Assembly: GCF_009914755.1 (NCBI RefSeq)
Contig: NC_060948.1
Length of the DNA stretch: 64,000 nt
DNA from: the human T2T-CHM13v2.0 reference genome, Homo sapiens
Reading direction: 5' to 3' (one strand)
The first letter of the stretch is position 1. Each line of letters opens with the position of its first letter. The notes under the pieces were generated by a model, which was given only the letters and a program-made list of their open reading frames with translations, was not told the origin of the DNA and ran no database searches. Positions 14,430 through 28,684 of this stretch are shown here, piece after piece. The position numbers and the translations under genes are program-made.

Positions 14430-17400
14430 AGGCCTGGAATAAAGTGGAATGCTACGGTCTCGAATGGAATAAAAATGTATGGAATGGAATGCAATGAAAC
14501 GGAATCGAATGTCATAGAATGTAATGGAATGCAACAAAATGGAATCCAAAATCATTGACTGGAAAGGCTGGGTGTCGAAAGGAATTGACTCCAATGGAAT
14601 GGAATCGAATGGAATGGAAGTGAATAGAATCGAACTAAATCGAATGGAATGGAATTGATAGGAACGGAATGGAAAGGAATGCAATGATTTGGCATGGAAT
14701 GGAATCGAATGGCATCGAATGGAATGGAATGGAATGCAATGGAATGGAATGTATTAGAATGTAATGAACTTTAATGGAATGTACTCGAATGGATTCGACT
14801 GGAATGGAATGTTCTGGAAGTGAATGGACTCCAATGGAATGGATTCAAAAGGAATGGAATCGTACGGAATGGAATCTAATGGAATGGAATTAAATGGAAA
14901 TGAATCAAATTGAATAGCACGGAATTGAATTGAATGGAATGGAATGCAATGGAATCTAATGAAACGGAAAGGAAAGGAATGGAATGGAATGGAATGGGCT
15001 GGAATGGAAAGGAATCGAAACGAATGGAATGGAATCGAACTGAAGAGACTGGAATGGAATGCACTGGAATGGAAGGGAGTGTAATGGAAGGTTCTCGAAA
15101 AAAATGGAATCGAATGGAATGGAATTGAATGGAACGGAATAGAGTCGAATGGAATTGAATGGAATGGAATGGACTAGAGTGAAATGGAATCGAACCACAA
15201 GGAATGGACAGGAATAGAATGGTCTCGAATTGAATGGAATCGTATGGAATGGCATCAAACGGAATGGAATGGACAGCCACGGAATGGAATGCACTCGAAT
15301 GCAATGGAGTCGAAACTAATGGACTGGAATAGAATGGACTCGACTGGTACGGACTCCAATGGAATGGAATCGAATGGAAGGGAATCGAACGGAATGGACT
15401 CGAAGGGAAAAGACTGCAATGGAAAGGTCTCGAATGGAATGGAAATTAATGGAATGGAATGGAATCGAATGAAATGGAGTCAAAAGGAATGGAATCGAAT
15501 GGCAAGAAATCGAATGTAATGGAATCGCAAGGAATTGATGTGAACGGAACGGAATGGAATGGAATCCAAAGGAATGGAATAGAATGGAATGGAATCGAAT
15601 GGAAAGGACTCGAATGGAAATCACTCGAATAGAATGCAATTTAATAAAATAGGATCAAATGTAATGGAATGGAATGGAAAGGAATCGAAACGAAAGGAAT
15701 GGAGACAGATGGAATGGAATGGAACAGAGAGCAATGGTATAGAATGGAATGGAATCATCTGGAATGGAATTGAATGGAATGGAATAATATGAAATGGAAT
15801 GGAATGGAATGGAATGGAATGCCCTTGAATTAAATGGACTGGAATGGAATGGACTCGAACAGAGTGGAATGGAAAGTGTTGAGATAGAATGGAATGGACT
15901 CCTTTGGAATGGTGTAGTATGCAATGCAATCGACTGGCAGGGAATCAAAAGGAATGTAATGGAATGGATTGGACTGGAATGCAATGGACTCGAATAGATT
16001 GGAAACGGAATGCAAAGGAATGGAATGGAATAGTATGGAATGGAATGGAAAGGAATGGAGTGGAATAGACTAGAGTGGAATGGAATGGACTGGAAAGCAA
16101 TGGACTGGAATGGAACTTTCTTGAATGGACTGGAATCAAACGGAATGGAATGCAATGCAATCAAATGGCATGGAATAAAATAGAATGAAAGAGAATCAAA
16201 TGGAATTGAATCGAATGGAATCGAATGGATTGGAAAGGAATAGAATGGAATGGAATGGAATGGACTAGAATGGAATGGATTCGAATGGAAGGCAAAGGAA
16301 TGGAATCTATTGGAATGGACTGTAATGGAATGGAATGGAAGGGATTGGAATGGACTCGAATGGAATGGACTGCAATAGAAAGGATTCGAATGGAATGAAA
16401 AAGAATTGAATGGAATAGAACAGAATGGAATGAAATCGAATGAAATGGAATGGAATAGAAAGGAATGGAATGAAATGGAATGGAAAGGATTCGAATGGAA
16501 TGCAATCGAATGGAATGGAATCGAACGGAATGGAATAAAATGGAAGAAAACTGGCAAGAAATGGAATCGAAATGAATGGAGTGTTATGGAACGGACTCAA
16601 AAGGAATTGAATGTAATAGAATGGAGTGGAGTGGACTCGAATATAATGGACTGGAATGGAATGAAATCACATGGAATGGGAACGAATGGAATGGAATGGA
16701 AAGGAATGGAATCGAATGGAAAGGAAACGAACGGAAGGGAATGAAATTGAATCAACAGGAATGGAAGGGAATAGAATAGACGGTAATGGAATGGACTCGA
16801 ATAGAATGGACACGAATGCTGAAATCGAATGGACTCGAATGGAATGGAAACGAAAGGAATGTCATCGAATGGAATTGAATCGATTGGAATGAAATCGCAT
16901 AGAATGGAGTGGAATCAAATGGAATTGAATCGAAAGGAAAGGAAGCGAATGGACTGAAATGAAATGGAATGGAATTGAATGGAAAGTAATGCAATGGAAT
17001 AGAATGGAACAAAATTTCACGGAATGGAATCAAACTGAATGGAATCAAATCAATGGAATCAAATCAAATGGAATGGAAAGGAATTGAATGGAGTAGATTG
17101 GATTGGATGGGATTGGAATGAAATGTACTGGAAAGGACTCGAATTTCATGAAACGGAATGGAATGAATTGGAACGGAATGGACTCGAATGGAATGGAATG
17201 TCATGGAATGGCATCAAATGGAATGGTATCAAATGGAATGGAATCGAATGCAATGGAATGCTATGGAATGGAATGGAATGCATTGGAATGGAATGTCCTC
17301 TAATGGAATGGATTCGAGTGGAATGGAATCGAATATAATGGAGTCGAATGAAATGGAATTGAAAGGAATGGGATCGAATACAATGGAATATACTGGAATG

Positions 17401-17968
17401 TAATGTAATGAACTCGAATGTAATTGACTGGAATGGAATGTACATGAATGGAATGTAATCGAATGGAAAGTAATCCAATGGAATAGAATCTAATGCAATA
17501 AAATCGACTCAGATAGAGTAGAATGTAATGGAATGGAGTGTAGTGCAATGGAATGGAATGGAATGGAATGCAATTGAATGGAATGGAATGGAATGGAATG
17601 GAATGGGATGGAATGGTATGGAATGGATAGTAATGGACTGGAGTGAAATGGACTGGAAAGGAATGGACTCAAATTGAAAGGGCTCGAAAGGAATGGAGTC
17701 AAATGGAATGGTCTGGAATGGAATGAACACGAATGTAATGCAATCCGATAGAATGGAATCGAATGGCATGGAATATAAAGAAATGGAATCGAAGAGAATG
17801 GAAACAAATGGAATGGAATTGAATGGAATGGAATTGAATGGAATGCGAACGAATGGAGTGAAATTGTATGCAGTAGAAGGGAATAGAATGGAATGCAAGC
17901 GAAAGGAAAGGAATGGATTGGAATGGAATGGAATTCATTGGAATGGAAGGGAATGTAGTGTAATGGAC
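14430..17968 (+). repeat. Unit U5 (3,539 bp; near-copy of U3)
   Basis: Same length and private variants as U3 at +7,133 bp. Confidence 0.92.
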
Positions 17969-20900
17969 AGGCCTGGAATAAAGTGGAATGCTACGGTCTC
18001 GAATGGAATAAAAATGTATGGAATGGAATGCAATGAAACGGAATCGAATGTCATAGAATGTAATGGAATGCAAAAAAATGGAATCCAAAATCATTGACTG
18101 GAAAGGCTGGGTGTCGAAAGGAATTGACTCCAATGGAATGGAATCGAATGGAATGGAAGTGAATAGAATCGAACTAAATCGAATGGAATGGAATTGATAG
18201 GAACGGAATGGAAAGGAATGCAATGATTTGGCATGGAATGGAATCGAATGGCATCGAATGGAATGGAATGGAATGCAATGGAATGGAATGTATTAGAATG
18301 TAATGAACTTTAATGGAATGTACTCGAATGGATTCGACTGGAATGGAATGTTCTGGAAGTGAATGGACTCCAATGGAATGGATTCCAAAGGAATGGAATC
18401 GTACGGAATGGAATCTAATGGAATGGAATTAAATGGAAATGAATCAAATTGAATAGCACGGAATTGAATTGAATGGAATGGAATGCAATGGAATCTAATG
18501 AAACTGAAAGGAAAGGAATGGAATGGAATGGAATGGGCTGGAATGGAAAGGAATCGAAATGAATGGAATGGAATCGAACTGAAGAGACTGGAATGGAATG
18601 CACTGGAATGGAAGGGAGTGTAATGGAAGGTTCTCGAAAAAAATGGAATCGAATGGAATGGAATTGAATGGAACGGAATAGAGTCGAATGGAATTGAATG
18701 GAATGGAATGGACTAGAGTGAAATGGAATCGAACCACAAGGAATGGAGAGGAATAGAATGGTCTCGAATTGAATGGAATCGTATGGAATGGCATCAAACG
18801 GAATGGAATGGACAGCCACGGAATGGAATGCACTCGAATGCAATGGAGTCGAAACTAATGGACTGGAATAGAATGGACTCGACTGGTACGGACTCCAATG
18901 GAATGGAATCGAATGGAAGGGAATCGAACGGAATGGACTCGAAGGGAAAAGACTGCAATGGAAAGGTCTCGAATGGAATGGAAATTAATGGAATGGAATG
19001 GAATCGAATGAAATGGAGTCAAAAGGAATGGAATCGAATGGCAAGAAATCGAATGTAATGGAATCGCAAGGAATTGATGTGAACGGAACGGAATGGAATG
19101 GAATCCAAAGGAATGGAATAGAATGGAATGGAATCGAATGGAAAGGACTCGAATGGAAATCACTCGAATAGAATGCAATTTAATAAAATAGGATCAAATG
19201 TAATGGAATGGAATGGAAAGGAATCGAAACGAAAGGAATGGAGACAGATGGAATGGAATGGAACAGAGAGCAATGGTATAGAATGGAATGGAATCATCTG
19301 GAATGGAATTGAATGGAATGGAATAATATGAAATGGAATGGAATGGAATGGAATGGAATGCCCTTGAATTAAATGGACTGGAATGGAATGGACTCGAACA
19401 GAGTGTAATGGAAAGTGTTGAGATAGAATGGAATGGACTCCTTTGGAATGGTGTAGTATGCAATGCAATCGACTGGCAGGGAATCAAAAGGAATGTAATG
19501 GAATGGATTGGACTGGAATGCAATGGACTCGAATAGATTGGAAACGGAATGCAAAGGAATGGAATGGAATAGTATGGAATGGAATGGAAAGGAATGGAGT
19601 GGAATAGACTAGAGTGGAATGGAATGGACTGGAAAGCAATGGACTGGAATGGAACTTTCTTGAATGGACTGGAATCAAACGGAATGGAATGCAATGCAAT
19701 CAAATGGCATGGAATAAAATAGAATGAAAGAGAATCAAATGGAATTGAATCGAATGGAATCGAATGGATTGGAAAGGAATAGAATGGAATGGAATGGAAT
19801 TCACTCAAATGGAATGGACTAGAATGGAATGGATTCGAATGGAAGGCAAAGGAATGGAATCTATTGGAATGGACTGTAATGGAATGGAATGGAAGGGATT
19901 GGAATGGACTCGAATGGAATGGACTGCAATAGAAAGGATTCGAATGGAATGAAAAAGAATTGAATGGAATAGAACAGAATGGAATCAAATCGAATGAAAT
20001 GGAATGGAATAGAAAGGAATGGAATGAAATAGAATGGAAAGGATTCGAATGGAATGCAATCGAATGGAATGGAATCGAACGGAATGGAATAAAATGGAAG
20101 AAAACTGGCAAGAAATGGAATCGAAATGAATGGAGTGTTATGGAACGGACTCAAAAGGAATTGAATGTAATAGAATGGAGTGGAGTGGACTCGAATATAA
20201 TGGACTGGAATGGAATGAAATCACAAGGAATGGGAACGAATGGAATGGAATGGAAAGGAATGGAATCGAATGGAAAGGAATCGAATGGAAGGGAATGAAA
20301 TTGAATCAACAGGAATGGAAGGGAATAGAATAGACGGTAATGGAATGGACTCGAATAGAATGGACACGAATGCTCAAATTGAATGGACTCGAATGGAATG
20401 GAAACGAAAGGAATGTCATCGAATGGAATTGAATGGATTGGAATGAAATCGCATAGAATGGAGTGGAATCAAATGGAATTGAATCGAAAGGAAAGGAAGC
20501 GAATGGACTGAAATGAAATGGAATGGAATTGAATGGAAAGTAATGCAATGGAATAGAATGGAACGAAATTTCACGGAATGGAATCAAACTGAATGGAATC
20601 AAATCAATGGAATCAAATCAAATGGAATGGAAAGGAATTGAATGGAGTAGATTGGATTGGATGGGATTGGAATGAAATGTACTGGAAAGGACTCGAATTT
20701 CATGAAACGGAATGGAATGAATTGGAACGGAATGGACTCGAATGGAATGGAATGTCATGGAATGGCATCAAATGGAATGGCATCAAATGGAATGGAATCG
20801 AATGCAATGGAATGCTATGGAATGGAATGGAATGCATTGGAATGGAATGTCCTCTAATGGAATGGATTCGAGTGGAATGGAATCGAATATAATGGAGTCG

Positions 20901-21547
20901 AATGAAATGGAATTGAAAGGAATGGGATCGAATACAATGGAATATACTGGAATGTAATGTAATGAACTCGAATGTAATTGACTGGAATGGAATGTACATG
21001 AATGGAATGTAATCGAATGGAAAGTAATCCAATGGAATAGAATCTAATGCAATAAAATCGACTCAGATAGAGTAGAATGTAATGGAATGGAGTGCAGTGC
21101 AATGGAATGGAATGGAATGGAATGCAATGGAATGGAATGGAATGGAATGGAATGGAATGGAATGGAATGGAATGGGATGGAATGGGATGGAATGGTATGG
21201 AATGGATAGTAATGGACTGGAGTGAAATGGACTGGAAAGGAATGGACTCAAATTGAAAGGGCTCGAAAGGAATGGAGTCAAATGGAATGGTCTGGAATGG
21301 AATGAACACGAATGTAATGCAATCCAATAGAATGGAATCGAATGGCATGGAATATAAAGAAATGGAATCGAAGAGAATGGAAACAAATGGAATGGAATTG
21401 AATGGAATGGAATTGAATGGAATGGGAACGAATGGAGTGAAATTGTATGCAGTAGAAGGGAATAGAATGGAATGCAAGCGAAAGGAAAGGAATGGATTGG
21501 AATGGAATGGAATTCATTGGAATGGAAGGGAATGTAGTGTAATGGAC
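17969..21547 (+). repeat. Unit U6 (3,579 bp)
   Basis: AGGCCT at 17969 and 21548. Confidence 0.9.
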
Positions 21548-24500
21548 AGGCCTGGAATAAAGTGGAATGCTACGGTCTCGAATGGAATAAAAATGTATGG
21601 AATGGAATGCAATGAAACGGAATCGAATGTCATAGAATGTAATGGAATGCAACAAAATGGAATCCAAAATCATTGACTGGAAAGGCTGGGTGTCGAAAGG
21701 AATTGACTCCAATGGAATGGAATCGAATGGAATGGAAGTGAATAGAATCGAACTAAATCGAATGGAATGGAATTGATAGGAACGGAATGGAAAGGAATGC
21801 AATGATTTGGCATGGAATGGAATCGAATGGCATCGAATGGAATGGAATGGAATGCAATGGAATGGAATGTATTAGAATGTAATGAACTTTAATGGAATGT
21901 ACTCGAATGGATTCGACTGGAATGGAATGTTCTGGAAGTGAATGGACTCCAATGGAATGGATTCAAAAGGAATGGAATCGTACGGAATGGAATCTAATGG
22001 AATGGAATTAAATGGAAATGAATCAAATTGAATAGCACGGAATTGAATTGAATGGAATGGAATGCAATGGAATCTAATGAAACGGAAAGGAAAGGAATGG
22101 AATGGAATGGAATGGGCTGGAATGGAAAGGAATCGAAACGAATGGAATGGAATCGAACTGAAGAGACTGGAATGGAATGCACTGGAATGGAAGGGAGTGT
22201 AATGGAAGGTTCTCGAAAAAAATGGAATGGAATGGAATGGAATTGAATGGAACGGAATAGAGTCGAATGGAATTGAATGGAATGGAATGGACTAGAGTGA
22301 AATGGAATCGAACCACAAGGAATGGACAGGAATAGAATGGTCTCGAATTGAATGGAATCGTATGGAATGGCATCAAACGGAATGGAATGGACAGCCACGG
22401 AATGGAATGCACTCGAATGCAATGGAGTCGAAACTAATGGACTGGAATAGAATGGACTCGACTGGTACGGACTCCAATGGAATGGAATCGAATGGAAGGG
22501 AATCGAACGGAATGGACTCGAAGGGAAAAGACTGCAATGGAAAGGTCTCGAATGGAATGGAAATTAATGGAATGGAATGGAATCGAATGAAATGGAGTCA
22601 AAAGGAATGGAATCGAATGGCAAGAAATCGAATGTAATGGAATCGCAAGGAATTGATGTGAACGGAACGGAATGGAATGGAATCCAAAGGAATGGAACAG
22701 AATGGAATGGAATCGAATGGAAAGGACTCGAATGGAAATCACTCGAATAGAATGCAATTTAATAAAATAGGATCAAATGTAATGGAATGGAATGGAAAGG
22801 AATCGAAACGAAAGGAATGGAGACAGATGGAATGGAATGGAACAGAGAGCAATGGTATAGAATGGAATGGAATCATCTGGAATGGAATTGAATGGAATGG
22901 AATAATATGAAATGGAATGGAATGGAATGGAATGGAATGCCCTTGAATTAAATGGACTGGAATGGAATGGACTCGAACAGAGTGGAATGGAAAGTGTTGA
23001 GATAGAATGGAATGGACTCCTTTGGAATGGTGTAGTATGCAATGCAATCGACTGGCAGGGAATCAAAAGGAATGTAATGGAATGGATTGGACTGGAATGC
23101 AATGGACTCGAATAGATTGGAAACGGAATGCAAAGGAATGGAATGGAATAGTATGGAATGGAATGGAAAGGAATGGAGTGGAATAGACTAGAGTGGAATG
23201 GAATGGACTGGAAAGCAATGGACTGGAATGGAACTTTCTTGAATGGACTGGAATCAAACGGAATGGAATGCAATGCAATCAAATGGCATGGAATAAAATA
23301 GAATGAAAGAGAATCAAATGGAATTGAATCGAATGGAATCGAATGGATTGGAAAGGAATAGAATGGAATGGAATGGAATTCACTCAAATGGAATGGACTA
23401 GAATGGAATGGATTCGAATGGAAGGCAAAGGAATGGAATCTATTGGAATGGACTGTAATGGAATGGAATGGAAGGGATTGGAATGGACTCGAATGGAATG
23501 GACTGCAATAGAAAGGATTCGAATGGAATGAAAAAGAATTGAATGGAATAGAACAGAATGGAATCAAATCGAATGAAATGGAATGGAATAGAAAGGAATG
23601 GAATGAAATGGAATGGAAAGGATTCGAATGGAATGCAATCGAATGGAATGGAATCAAACGGAATGGAATAAAATGGAAGAAAACTGGCAAGAAATGGAAT
23701 CGAAATGAATGGAGTGTTATGGAACGGACTCAAAAGGAATTGAATGTAATAGAATGGAGTGGAGTGGACTCGAATATAATGGACTGGAATGGAATGAAAT
23801 CACATGGAATGGGAACGAATGGAATGGAATGGAAAGGAATGGAATCGAATGGAAAGGAATCGAATGGAAGGGAATGAAATTGAATCAACAGGAATGGAAG
23901 GGAATAGAATAGACGGTAATGGAATGGACTCGAATAGAATGGACACGAATGCTCAAATTGAATGGACTCGAATGGAATGGAAACGAAAGGAATGTCATCG
24001 AATGGAATTGAATCGATTGGAATGAAATCGCATAGAATGGAGTGGAATCAAATGGAATTGAATCGAAAGGAAAGGAAGCGAATGGACTGAAATGAAATGG
24101 AATGGAATTGAATGGAAAGTAATGCAATGGAATAGAATGGAACGAAATTTCACGGAATGGAATCAAACTGAATGGAATCAAATCAATGGAATCTAATCAA
24201 AGGAATGGAAAGGAATTGAATGGAGTAGATTGGATTGGATGGGATTGGAATGAAATGTACTGGAAAGGACTCGAATTTCATGAAACGGAATGGAATGAAT
24301 TGGAACGGAATGGACTCGAATGGAATGGAATGTCATGGAATGGCATCAAATGGAATGGCATCAAATGGAATGGAATCGAATGCAATGGAATGCTATGGAA
24401 TGGAATGGAATGCATTGGAATGGAATGTCCTCTAATGGAATGGATTCGAGTGGAATGGAATCGAATATAATGGAGTCGAATGAAATGGAATTGAAAGGAA

Positions 24501-25120
24501 TGGGATCGAATTCAATGGAATATACTGCAATGTAATGTAATGAACTCGAATGTAATTGACTGGAATGGAATGTACATGAATGGAATGTAATCGAATGGAA
24601 AGTTATCCAATGGAATAGAATCTAATGCAATAAAATCGACTCAGATAGAGTAGAATGTAATGGAATGGAGTGCAGTGCAATGGAATGGAATGGAATGGAA
24701 TGCAATGGAATGGAATGGAATGGAATGGAATGGAATGGAACGGAATGGAATGGAATGGGATGGAATGGTATGGAATGGATAGTAATGGACTGGAGTGAAA
24801 TGGACTGGAAAGGAATGGACTCAAATTGAAAGGGCTCGAAAGGAATGCAGACAAATGCAATGGTCTGGAATGGAATGAACACGAATGTATTGCAATCCAA
24901 TAGAATGGAATCGAATGGCATGGAATATAAAGAAATGGAATCGAAGAGAATGGAAACAAATGGAATGGAATTGAATGGAATGGAATTGAATAGAATGGGA
25001 ACGAATGGAATGAAATTGTATGCAGTAGAAGAGAATAGAATGGAATGCAAGCGAAAGGAAAGGAATGGATTGGAATGGAATGGAATTCATTGGAATGCAA
25101 GGGAATGTAGTGTAATGGAC
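21548..25120 (+). repeat. Unit U7 (3,573 bp)
   Basis: AGGCCT at 21548 and 25121; 1-bp deletion near 24200. Confidence 0.9.
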
Positions 25121-28100
25121 AGGCCTGGAATAAAGTGGAATGCTACGGTCTCGAATGGAATAAAAATGTATGGAATGGAATGCAATGAAACGGAATCGAA
25201 TGTCATAGAATGTAATGGAATGCAAAAAAATGGAATCCAAAATCATTGACTGGAAAGGCTGGGTGTCGAAAGGAATTGACTCCAATGGAATGGAATCAAA
25301 TGGAATGGAAGTGAATAGAATCGAACTAAATCGAATGGAATGGAATTGATAGGAACGGAATGGAAAGGAATGCAATGATTTGGCATGGAATGGAATCGAA
25401 TGGCATCGAATGGAATGGAATGGAATGCAATGGAATGGAATGTATTAGAATGTAATGAACTTTAATGGAATGTACTCGAATGGATTCGACTGGAATGGAA
25501 TGTTCTGGAAGTGAATGGACTCCAATGGAATGGATTCCAAAGGAATGGAATCGTACGGAATGGAATCTAATGGAATGGAATTAAATGGAAATGAATCAAA
25601 TTGAATAGCACGGAATTGAATTGAATGGAATGGAATGCAATGGAATCTAATGAAACGGAAAGGAAAGGAATGGAATGGAATGGAATGGGCTGGAATGGAA
25701 AGGAATCGAAACGAATGGAATGGAATCGAACTGAAGAGACTGGAATGGAATGCACTGGAATGGAAGGGAGTGTAATGGAAGGTTCTCGAAAAAAATGGAA
25801 TCGAATGGAATGGAATTGAATGGAACGGAATAGAGTCGAATGGAATTGAATGGAATGGAATGGACTAGAGTGAAATGGAATCGAACCACAAGGAATGGAC
25901 AGGAATAGAATGGTCTCGAATTGAATGGAATCGTATGGAATGGCATCAAACGGAATGGAATGGACAGCCACGGAATGGAATGCACTCGAATGCAATGGAG
26001 TCGAAACTAATGGACTGGAATAGAATGGACTCGACTGGTACGGACTCCAATGGAATGGAATCGAATGGAAGGGAATCGAACGGAATGGACTCGAAGGGAA
26101 AAGACTGCAATGGAAAGGTCTCGAATGGAATGGAAATTAATGGAATGGAATGGAATCGAATGAAAAGGAGTCAAAAGGAATGGAATCGAATGGCAAGAAA
26201 TCGAATGTAATGGAATCGCAAGGAATTGATGTGAACGGAACGGAATGGAATGGAATCCAAAGGAATGGAATAGAATGGAATGGAATCGAATGGAAAGGAC
26301 TCGAATGGAAATCACTCGAATAGAATGCAATTTAATAAAATAGGATCAAATGTAATGGAATGGAATGGAAAGGAATCGAAACGAAAGGAATGGAGACAGA
26401 TGGAATGGAATGGAACAGAGAGCAATGGTATAGAATGGAATGGAATCATCTGGAATGGAATTGAATGGAATGGAATAATATGAAATGGAATGGAATGGAA
26501 TGGAATGGAATGCCCTTGAATTAAATGGACTGGAATGGAATGGACTCGAACAGAGTGGAATGGAAAGTGTTGAGATAGAATGGAATGGACTCCTTTGGAA
26601 TGGTGTAGTATGCAATGCAATCGACTGGCAGGGAATCAAAAGGAATGTAATGGAATGGATTGGACTGGAATGCAATGGACTCGAATAGATTGCAAACGGA
26701 ATGCAAAGGAATGGAATGGAATAGTATGGAATGGAATGGAAAGGAATGGAGTGGAATAGACTAGAGTGGAATGGAATGGACTGGAAAGCAATGGACTGGA
26801 ATGGAACTTTCTTGAATGGACTGGAATCAAACGGAATGGAATGCAATGCAATCAAATGGCATGGAATAAAATAGAATGAAAGAGAATCAAATGGAATTGA
26901 ATCGAATGGAATCGAATGGATTGGAAAGGAATAGAATGGAATGGAATGGAATTGACTCAAATGGAATGGACTAGAATGGAATGGATTCGAATGGAAGGCA
27001 AAGGAATGGAATCTATTGGAATGGACTGTAATGGAATGGAATGGAAGGGATTGGAATGGACTCGAATGGAATGGACTGCAATAGAAAGGATTCGAATGGA
27101 ATGAAAAAGAATTGAATGGAATAGAACAGAATGGAATCAAATCGAATGAAATGGAATGGAATAGAAAGGAATGGAATGAAATGGAATGGAAAGGATTCGA
27201 ATGGAATGCAATCGAATGGAATGGAATCGAACGGAATGGAATAAAATGGAAGAAAACAGGCAAGAAATGGAATCGAAAGGAATGGAGTGTTATGGAACGG
27301 ACTCAAAAGGAATTGAATGTAATAGAATGGAGTGGAGTGGACTCGAATATAATGGACTGGAATGGAATGAAATCACATGGAATGGGAACGAATGGAATGG
27401 AATGGAAAGGAATGGAATCGAATGGAAAGGAATCGAATGGAAGGGAATGAAATTGAATCAACAGGAATGGAAGGGAATAGAATAGACGGTAATGGAATGG
27501 ACTCGAATAGAATGGACACGAATGCTCAAATTGAATGGACTCGAATGGAATGGAAACGAAAGGAATGTCATCGAATGGAATTGAATGGATTGGAATGAAA
27601 TCGCATAGAATGGAGTGGAATCAAATGGAATTGAATCGAAAGGAAAGGAAGCGAATGGACTGAAATGAAATGGAATGGAATTGAATGGAAAGTAATGCAA
27701 TGGAATAGAATGGAACGAAATTTCACGGAATGGAATCAAACTGAATGGAATCAAATCAATGGAATCAAATCAAATGGAATGGAAAGGAATTGAATGGAGT
27801 AGATTGGATTGGATGGGATTGGAATGAAATGTACTGGAAAGGACTCGAATTTCATGAAACGGAATGGAATGAATTGGAACGGAATGGACTCGAATGGAAT
27901 GGAATGTCATGGAATGGCATCAAATGGAATGGCATCAAATGGAATGGAATCGAATGCAATGGAATGCTATGGAATGGAATGGAATGCATTGGAATGGAAT
28001 GTCCTCTAATGGAATGGATTCGAGTGGAATGGAATCGAATATAATGGAGTCGAATGAAATGGAATTGAAAGGAATGGGATCGAATACAATGGAATATACT

Positions 28101-28684
28101 GGAATGTAATGTAATGAACTCGAATGTAATTGACTGGAATGGAATGTACATGAATGGAATGTAATCGAATGGAAAGTAATCCAATGGAATAGAATCTAAT
28201 GCAATAAAATCGACTCAGATAGAGTAGAATGTAATGGAATGGAGTGCAGTGCAATGCAATGGAATGGAATGGAATGCAATGGAATGGAATGGAATGGAAT
28301 GGAATGGAATGGAATGGAATGGGATGGAATGGTATGGAATGGATAGTAGTGGACTGGAGTGAAATGGACTGGAAAGGAATGGACTCAAATTGAAAGGGCT
28401 CGAAAGGAATGGAGTCAAATGGAATGGTCTGGAATGGAATGAACACGAATGTAATGCAATCCAATAGAATGGAATCGAATGGCATGGAATATAAAGAAAT
28501 GGAATCGAAGAGAATGGAAACAAATAGAATGGAATTGAATGGAATGGAATTGAATGGAATGGGAACGAATGGAGTGAAATTGTATGCAGTAGAAGGGAAT
28601 AGAATGGAATGCAAGCGAAAGGAAAGGAATGGATTGGAATGGAATGGAATTCATTGGAATGGAAGGGAATGTAGTGTAATGGAC
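25121..28684 (+). repeat. Unit U8 (3,564 bp)
   Basis: AGGCCT at 25121 and 28685. Confidence 0.9.
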
